IMG/VR virus record: IMGVR_UViG_3300029286_001711
Reading direction: 5' to 3' (one strand)
Source of the DNA: a virus
Lineage: Duplodnaviria; Caudoviricetes
Length of the DNA stretch: 64,000 bases
In this document: positions 58,344-64,000 of the stretch, in pieces
Layout: the number at the start of each line of letters is the position of its first letter
Numbering within the stretch: the first letter of the stretch is position 1
Notes under the pieces: model-generated
Told to the model about the DNA's origin: nothing
What the model saw: only the letters and a program-made list of their open reading frames with translations
The model's database searches: none
Made by a program: the position numbers and the translations under genes

Positions 58344-58580
58344 TTATTGTAGTTTTACTTTTCTTAACATTCTTGGTATACAGCAGATTTCCCATTCTAT
58401 AAATTCCTGATATGTTATTGGCCATATATGTTCATATTTCACATCACCTATTTCAAAATATCTTAGATAGTCTCTGAGTGAGATTAGTGTCTCTAATTGA
58501 TTTATTCCCATGAACTTTGATTCCAATGTTATATCGTATTTATTTAGTAAGAATTTCCTGTATTCCTTCTCCTTATCCAT
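58344..58580 (-). CDS. Small hypothetical protein (basic C-tag)
   Basis: Ends IPRMLRKVKLQ. Confidence 0.55.
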   Translation of the reverse strand: MDKEKEYRKFLLNKYDITLESKFMGINQLETLISLRDYLRYFEIGDVKYEHIWPITYQEFIEWEICCIPRMLRKVKLQ

Positions 58581-58749
58581 TTCCTTCTGATAATGTTCTT
58601 ATTCTAAACAATGGTCTTGGAGTTCCATGTTGTAATCTTCTTAATCTTTTTCTTTCTTGTTGTCGCATTACCTTTTCTAACCATTCTTCCTCTTCTCTGG
58701 TTTTCTTTCTTCTGGGAATAAAGTTATGTCTCTTTAATTTGAATTCCAT
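58573..58749 (-). CDS. 58-aa basic protein (MEFKLKRH start)
   Basis: Manual translation MEFKLKRHNFIPRRKKTREEEEW...; not in the ORF track. Confidence 0.5.
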   Translation of the reverse strand: MEFKLKRHNFIPRRKKTREEEEWLEKVMRQQERKRLRRLQHGTPRPLFRIRTLSEGNG

Positions 58750-58752
58750 TTC

Positions 58753-59127
58753 TTATTGTAAGTTGTTTTTGTAAATGTAATCATATCTTACCATCAAACC
58801 AACTTCACCTGTTGGTTTCATATCTTTCCCTACGATACCACCGATCGGTGTTACATCATATAGATAAATCCCTTCTACACCTTTTTCCTTGTAGGTTCCT
58901 GTGCTAATCTTTTCCTTTGTTCTTACTAACCATTGATGATAGGTTTCATTTGGTTTTATCATTTCTGACCTAACACACCAGTAAGGAACTTTCTTATGTA
59001 CTGCAGTTACTATTTTACCTGGGTTTTTAAAATCATCTTCAGTCTTTGTTTCAAAACTTACTAACTCCTGGTCTTCAATCTTAGTATTACTATCTTGTAG
59101 TGGTTTCCATATTTGTATTACTTTCAT
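58753..59127 (-). CDS. Hypothetical protein
   Basis: 124 aa in array. Confidence 0.55.
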   Translation of the reverse strand: MKVIQIWKPLQDSNTKIEDQELVSFETKTEDDFKNPGKIVTAVHKKVPYWCVRSEMIKPNETYHQWLVRTKEKISTGTYKEKGVEGIYLYDVTPIGGIVGKDMKPTGEVGLMVRYDYIYKNNLQ

Positions 59128-59130
59128 ATC

Positions 59131-59439
59131 TTATTGTATATTTAAATTATCTTTTGTATCACCATTGAGTATTGGTATGAGTTCGTCTGGTACATAGTAG
59201 GTGTTTCCGTATTTATCCATCTTTATTGCCTTTGTTAAGAAAGGTTCTGATGTATATCTAACAACAGGGTCTTGAGTATAATAACAGAACCTATGAATCT
59301 TTTCATTATCACCGTGTTGAGCTGTGACTGTATAGTCACCATCATCCCATAAGTTTATTATAATAGTATGATGGCAGTTTGGAAACATCTCGAACATTGT
59401 TTTTCTTACGACTTCTATTTTATCTGAAAAATTATTCAT
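59131..59439 (-). CDS. Hypothetical protein
   Basis: 102 aa in array. Confidence 0.55.
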   Translation of the reverse strand: MNNFSDKIEVVRKTMFEMFPNCHHTIIINLWDDGDYTVTAQHGDNEKIHRFCYYTQDPVVRYTSEPFLTKAIKMDKYGNTYYVPDELIPILNGDTKDNLNIQ

Positions 59440-59442
59440 TTC

Positions 59443-59739
59443 TTATCTTATTTCTAATTTCTTAATTTTCTTAATTGGTATTATATCACCCACTAGTCTT
59501 AAATGATGTGTATCTATAATTTCACTTATTGACCCTTCACTAATACCACAATATCTTTTTCTAGTATTTTCAGGTGTATGATAAACTTCTACGTCGTATC
59601 TTATATCATCATAGTGATAACCAGCACTAATTATTATATTGGTAATTGTTATGCCGTAACCATCACGTCTATAGACCTCACCTATATTCATTAGAATTAA
59701 AATTGGAAATTGGGGTTTGATTTTTATAGAATTCTTCAA
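59443..59739 (-). CDS. Small hypothetical protein (basic C-tag)
   Basis: MNIGEVYRR...IIPIKKIKKLEIR; true start probably the internal Met. Confidence 0.55.
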   Translation of the reverse strand: MKNSIKIKPQFPILILMNIGEVYRRDGYGITITNIIISAGYHYDDIRYDVEVYHTPENTRKRYCGISEGSISEIIDTHHLRLVGDIIPIKKIKKLEIR

Positions 59740-60022
59740 ACATACTTTCTATATCAAAACTATATAAAGGATTTTTTGTGTCTATCTTTTTAAGGTATTC
59801 TCCAGCACACTTATTTACATTGTGATAAACTATTCCATCCTCTTCTAGTTCATGGTCAAAACTATAAACCTCAGGTTCCATCGATTGTATTATATACCTT
59901 TCTCTATATCCAAGATTATACACATCTCTACCATAATGATATGCTTCCAAGACCACACAAACAATCTCTATCGAATCACTATTATATTTAACAACTTCTC
60001 CCTTATAGAACAATGGTGTCAT
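59678..60022 (-). CDS. Hypothetical protein (SH3-like)
   Basis: YKGEVVKY; promoter TTTG-N20-TATATTTG at 60027-60058. Confidence 0.55.
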   Translation of the reverse strand: MTPLFYKGEVVKYNSDSIEIVCVVLEAYHYGRDVYNLGYRERYIIQSMEPEVYSFDHELEEDGIVYHNVNKCAGEYLKKIDTKNPLYSFDIESMFEEFYKNQTPISNFNSNEYR

Positions 60023-60081
60023 ATCACAAATATAATCATTTCTGTGGAATTAGACAAATATATATCTGGACCGTCTTGCAT

Positions 60082-60110
60082 AAAAAACCCCCATATTTCT
60101 ATGAGGGTTT
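60082..60110 (-). terminator. Intrinsic terminator
   Basis: AAACCC.CAT/ATG.GGGTTT stem with U-tract. Confidence 0.65.
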
Positions 60111-60114
60111 ATTT

Positions 60115-60618
60115 TTATCGACCTAAAATCTTGGTGATTTGTTTGGCCTTGTTGATGTCATCTATTCCCATTACTTTGAGAACTTGATATGCTTTGAAAT
60201 CTTCATCGGAGAATTCTTCGATTTTTTGTGTGATTAGAAATTGTTTCTTTTCTTCAAGGTCTTTAATCTCTGTCTCTAATTCCACCATTTTATCTTTCGC
60301 TCCCTTTATGTCCTCTTCGATTGTTTCGAGGTTGATTACGTTTGGTTTCAATTCATATTCGTAGTAATTATATTGGGCCTGATATGACTGTCCATTGTAT
60401 GTTATTACTGAACAAGTGTATTGTGTCTGACCTCCACCACAACCTTTATGTTCTTTTGTAACTTTTACCACAACATCTAAACACTGACCTTGTGATACTC
60501 CAAGACCACCTGATGATTGTTTACCATTTGGTGTTGTTACTACTTTGTATGTTTTTCCTACTTCAATTTTCATTTTTTTTCTTTTAAGTTTGTTTTTAAT
60601 ATATTGGATTAAATTCAT
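60115..60618 (-). CDS. Hypothetical protein (SH3-like + coiled coil)
   Basis: IEVGKTYKV; C-terminal heptads. Confidence 0.6.
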   Translation of the reverse strand: MNLIQYIKNKLKRKKMKIEVGKTYKVVTTPNGKQSSGGLGVSQGQCLDVVVKVTKEHKGCGGGQTQYTCSVITYNGQSYQAQYNYYEYELKPNVINLETIEEDIKGAKDKMVELETEIKDLEEKKQFLITQKIEEFSDEDFKAYQVLKVMGIDDINKAKQITKILGR

Positions 60619-60668
60619 ATTTAATTTTACTTAAAATTTTTGATACTGTCAAACAAAAAACCCTGATG

Positions 60669-61400
60669 TTATTCAGGGTTCATTAAATTAATTATTTGCC
60701 ATTTGCCGTCATAATCTTCGACCAAACAGGTGCTATTCTCACAAAAGTCTCCTGAATTCATATAATCTTGTTCTAATTTTGGATAATGTATGTGACCACA
60801 AACAGCAACATCATAACCTTTTTGTTTGGTTAAATTCTTAGCATTATCTTCAAAATCTGATACAAAGTTAATTACTCCTTTGACAGATTGTTTAATTGTG
60901 TTAGCTAACGAATGATAAGGTAAATTAAATTTATTTCTTATATAGTTGTATACTGTGTTTAGTTTAATAATAAAATCATATGACCAACCGCCAAGAACTG
61001 CTAACCATCTCATTTTCATAATTACAAAATCTAAAACATCTCCATGAAAACAATAGTAAGTTCTACCATCTACTCCTGTGTGTACATACTTTCTAACAAT
61101 TTGAATATTGTTCATAGTAAATGGAATAAATGGTTTTAAAAAATCATCGTGATTTCCCCTAATGTATATTACTTTTGTTCCTTTCTCACTTCTCTTCATA
61201 AACTTTCTAAATATTTTGGAGCAATCGTTGTTCCACCTTCCTTTTGATTTTAATGCCCAACCATCAATGATATCGCCATTTAAAATTAATATTTCGGATT
61301 TGTTTTCTTTTAAAAACTGTAATATCTTTTCTGTTTGTGATTGTCTTGCACCAAGATGTAAATCACTCATTATAATGGTTCGCCATTTTTTCATTGCCAA
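60669..61400 (-). CDS. UDP-2,3-diacylglucosamine diphosphatase-like metallophosphoesterase
   Basis: SDLHLG, NGDIID, RGNHD, HGD, GHIH, NSGD. Confidence 0.85.
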   Translation of the reverse strand: MAMKKWRTIIMSDLHLGARQSQTEKILQFLKENKSEILILNGDIIDGWALKSKGRWNNDCSKIFRKFMKRSEKGTKVIYIRGNHDDFLKPFIPFTMNNIQIVRKYVHTGVDGRTYYCFHGDVLDFVIMKMRWLAVLGGWSYDFIIKLNTVYNYIRNKFNLPYHSLANTIKQSVKGVINFVSDFEDNAKNLTKQKGYDVAVCGHIHYPKLEQDYMNSGDFCENSTCLVEDYDGKWQIINLMNPE

Positions 61401-62095
61401 TATGAATTATGTTTTTGAAAAAAGTTCTTATTATTTCTGTTAATAAATGATTGAAACATTAATTTTATCATATACACTACACCCTTGTTTTTAAACCTTC
61501 TTGGGCTTGTGAATATGTGTTTGTCGATAATTTTAAATTTATTGGGTTTTACTTTTTTGGATAATAAATAATCTTCTGCGACTTTTATACTTTCATCAAA
61601 ACCACCAAGTTTTTTAAATATCTTTGTTTTAAATAACATAAAACCACCAAGACAAAATGGGGTTATTGGTTTAATTATTTTTTGTATAACATCGAATGAT
61701 TTATATGTGTAATTATATTCACCTGTTGTTGTTCTAACTTTTGTGGTTAATAAATGAAGTTTTTCTTTTTTCATTATATTAATTGTTTCTGTTAGTAAAT
61801 TAAAATCTAAAATAAACATGTCTGCATCCAAAAATAAAACATAAGGAGTTGTTACATATTTAATACCATTATTTCTTGCAACTGAAGGTAGGCCACCTTG
61901 AATAATTTGTAAAATAAATTTATCTTTTTCTCTTAATTCAAGTTCAACGGTTGTGTTATCCGTTGAAGAATCTGATACAATAACATTAACCCCCTCTATG
62001 TTATTTTGTTGGTTTAATAAAGATAATGTTGTGTCTATTATCTTAGATTCATTTTTACAAGGTATAACGATTGTTAGTAATTTTGAAAGTTCCAT
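61391..62095 (-). CDS. Glycosyltransferase family 2
   Basis: IVIPCKNE, VSDSSTD, ARNNG, LFLDAD, GGFDE, AEDY; ATATTTAT at 62100-62107. Confidence 0.9.
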   Translation of the reverse strand: MELSKLLTIVIPCKNESKIIDTTLSLLNQQNNIEGVNVIVSDSSTDNTTVELELREKDKFILQIIQGGLPSVARNNGIKYVTTPYVLFLDADMFILDFNLLTETINIMKKEKLHLLTTKVRTTTGEYNYTYKSFDVIQKIIKPITPFCLGGFMLFKTKIFKKLGGFDESIKVAEDYLLSKKVKPNKFKIIDKHIFTSPRRFKNKGVVYMIKLMFQSFINRNNKNFFQKHNSYWQ

Positions 62096-62134
62096 AATGA
62101 TAAATATCTTTTAATATTTTCCTAATCAAATCTC

Positions 62135-62545
62135 TCATTTCATTTTACACCAATACTTACTTGGGATTAACTCTTCCGTAAACCATTTGAAGGAAACATC
62201 TTCGTAACCATTCTTATCAGCATCTTCACTTTCAGGGTCTTCATAATCATAACACCTTGAGGATTCTATTGAATAGTCTTTAGCGTTGTAGGTTGTATTT
62301 TCAGGATCACAAGGTTTATACTTAATAATAAGCCCACCTTTTTCATCGGGGATAATATCAGCAATTGTCAGAACGTATCTAGCATCTGTTGGTTGATAAT
62401 CATCAGGAGATGGGTTGGTTTTCTGGGGATTATTATTATCAACAACATAGAAAACATCACCAATGTTAATGTTTAAACCTGATACTGCCTCTCTAGCCCA
62501 TTCCAGGTCGTCGATTTCTTCTTTTATGATTTTTCTAATATCCAT
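62135..62545 (-). CDS. Single-module member of the EDDxEWA family
   Basis: MDIRKIIKEEIDDLEWARE + NIGDVFYV. Confidence 0.7.
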   Translation of the reverse strand: MDIRKIIKEEIDDLEWAREAVSGLNINIGDVFYVVDNNNPQKTNPSPDDYQPTDARYVLTIADIIPDEKGGLIIKYKPCDPENTTYNAKDYSIESSRCYDYEDPESEDADKNGYEDVSFKWFTEELIPSKYWCKMK

Positions 62546-62546
62546 T

Positions 62547-63932
62547 TTATTCTATAACAATAATATCTACCATATCTTCATTAATCCAATAAGGTAGGTC
62601 TAAAACATTATCAGTTAAACACTCAACAAGTTGAGCACTCAGAACATCCTCATCGATATCCATACCAAAATTAAAACCAGCTTCACAATCAGAACCACTT
62701 CTCACCATCTGTTTAATTTTACCTATTCTAAATACTTGTTTAAACCACCATTCAACATTACCATTAAATGAACACAAATCTAAGGATTCTTTAAAATAAT
62801 CACTACCATTTGATTTTGGGATAAGTTTAAATTTTAGTTTATCAAGATTTTTAGGGTTACTTTGTTTAAAGACATCCCAATAGTTTTCAACCCCAGAAAC
62901 CAAATCTCTGGCCCATTCCAATTCATCTTCTTGTTCTCTAATTTTACTAACTCTCTTCCTAGCTGGTCTATACCCGTCAGCATTAATTATAAAATGTTTA
63001 CCATCTGATTTTCTCACCAGATGTGAAATTCTTTCATCGTATTCATTAGTCTCCGTGTTATTGATTAGGTAACAAATATCACCGTTTTCTGGTGTCCCTA
63101 ATGATGGTACTTGTTGATGTAAAAATAATGTCCCAACATCACCTTTAATGCCCTCACCCATTTCATATCTACGTGATAAATTATGATAATCTTCACTATC
63201 CCACCAATGTTTTCCATATTTCTGATTAAACTCTTCCATACCTGGAATTTTTACATTTAACATAAATTCTGTATAGGTCGGATAATAAGCCGCACTTCTG
63301 GTAACCACAACTTCTGGAAATTTAGTTAGTTCCTTAGCCCATTCAAAATCATCTTCAGATTCATTTAGATTACTCTCCACAACTTTCCAAGCACCACTAT
63401 TCAAAATCTTTAAAAGTTTGCCTATATCAAAAGGTGTACCTTTTGATGGGTATGAAGCCGGTAAGTTTGCTGGTAAAATATATACAACCCTATCTGTAAC
63501 TTTTGTTATAACAGCTAATATTGGTGAACCACCTGGTATTTTTGATGGTATTGAAAATTTCTGACCAACTTTAAGAAGATTGGTACTATCTAAGTCTTTA
63601 ACCCAAGATAAATCATCTTCAGATTCATATAACTGGCCAAAGAAATCGGTATTTTGAATATCAGGTGGAATTAGAGTGAACCAATCTTCATAGTTTCGAC
63701 CAACCACATCTTTTTGTACAGTAAATCTAGCAGTATGTTGACCACGATTTCTAACCCCTCCAATACTAATGATATCTTCTCCACGATTACCACCCCTAGA
63801 TTCAAAGTTGGTAACTTCAACATAATCACCCACCTTTGGCCCAACACCTTCCGTATGGCAATACAAAAAATCTCCGACCTTGGGTACCGGCTTTAATGAT
63901 TCTTTAATTATTTTACGGATAGAGTTTCTCAC
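62547..63932 (-). CDS. Four-module polyprotein-like protein
   Basis: Start reassigned to GTG 63932 after ATATTTAT 63937-63944; IIKES leader; linkers LYESEDDLSWVK, LNESEDDFEWAK, IREQEDELEWAR. Confidence 0.75.
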   Translation of the reverse strand: MRNSIRKIIKESLKPVPKVGDFLYCHTEGVGPKVGDYVEVTNFESRGGNRGEDIISIGGVRNRGQHTARFTVQKDVVGRNYEDWFTLIPPDIQNTDFFGQLYESEDDLSWVKDLDSTNLLKVGQKFSIPSKIPGGSPILAVITKVTDRVVYILPANLPASYPSKGTPFDIGKLLKILNSGAWKVVESNLNESEDDFEWAKELTKFPEVVVTRSAAYYPTYTEFMLNVKIPGMEEFNQKYGKHWWDSEDYHNLSRRYEMGEGIKGDVGTLFLHQQVPSLGTPENGDICYLINNTETNEYDERISHLVRKSDGKHFIINADGYRPARKRVSKIREQEDELEWARDLVSGVENYWDVFKQSNPKNLDKLKFKLIPKSNGSDYFKESLDLCSFNGNVEWWFKQVFRIGKIKQMVRSGSDCEAGFNFGMDIDEDVLSAQLVECLTDNVLDLPYWINEDMVDIIVIE

Positions 63933-64000
63933 GTTAATAAATATCCACATAAAAAAAGAAGAACACATCTCCTTTATTTTTTCATCCCTAAATATTCTTT

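Noticed and set aside
56876-59451. Junction repeats as integron attC sites
   Set aside because: No RYYYAAC/GTTRRRY cores or palindromic structure, and no integrase in the window
49524-63362. 26-nt repeats as a CRISPR array or DGR template
   Set aside because: Repeats are in-frame coding linkers hundreds to thousands of nt apart; no cas genes, no reverse transcriptase, no A-specific variation
1-64000. Stop-codon reassignment (common in some large Bacteroidota phages)
   Set aside because: Conserved genes are intact under the standard code; TAG and TGA terminate genes at sensible positions
1-64000. tRNA/rRNA genes
   Set aside because: No cloverleaf with recognisable T-loop and acceptor stem found by eye; tRNAscan-SE would be needed to exclude them fully

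Overview
64 kb internal fragment of a large (jumbo-type) T4-like tailed dsDNA phage genome, AT-rich, standard genetic code, almost certainly infecting Bacteroidota (many host sigma70-type TAnnTTTG promoters, several with a TTTG element 19-20 nt upstream; DUF4494; no Shine-Dalgarno use). It carries the head morphogenesis/packaging core (partial scaffold, prohead protease, portal, large terminase), fibre-like structural genes, metabolic/repair genes (GS type II, ThyA, ClpC, RadA-like ATPase, UvsE, ATP-dependent DNA ligase, CCA-adding enzyme fused to a 2H phosphoesterase, HAD/DHH/NTase enzymes, LpxH-like + GT2) and a hypervariable array of small genes (48-60 kb). Main inference: a second motif, ATATTTAT, precedes ~25 genes (putative late promoter), and many of those genes encode proteins with (I/L/V)-x-E leaders or internal linkers resembling T4 gp21 cleavage sites. 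These include polyproteins of unrelated ~85-140 aa modules joined by a DNA-conserved LYE|SEDDFEWA linker, suggesting a protease-processed, shuffleable head-cargo system. In parallel, small early genes share a basic C-terminal tag and a repeated stop-start junction (TACAATAAGAAATG). All product calls are from motif recognition only; no database searches were run.
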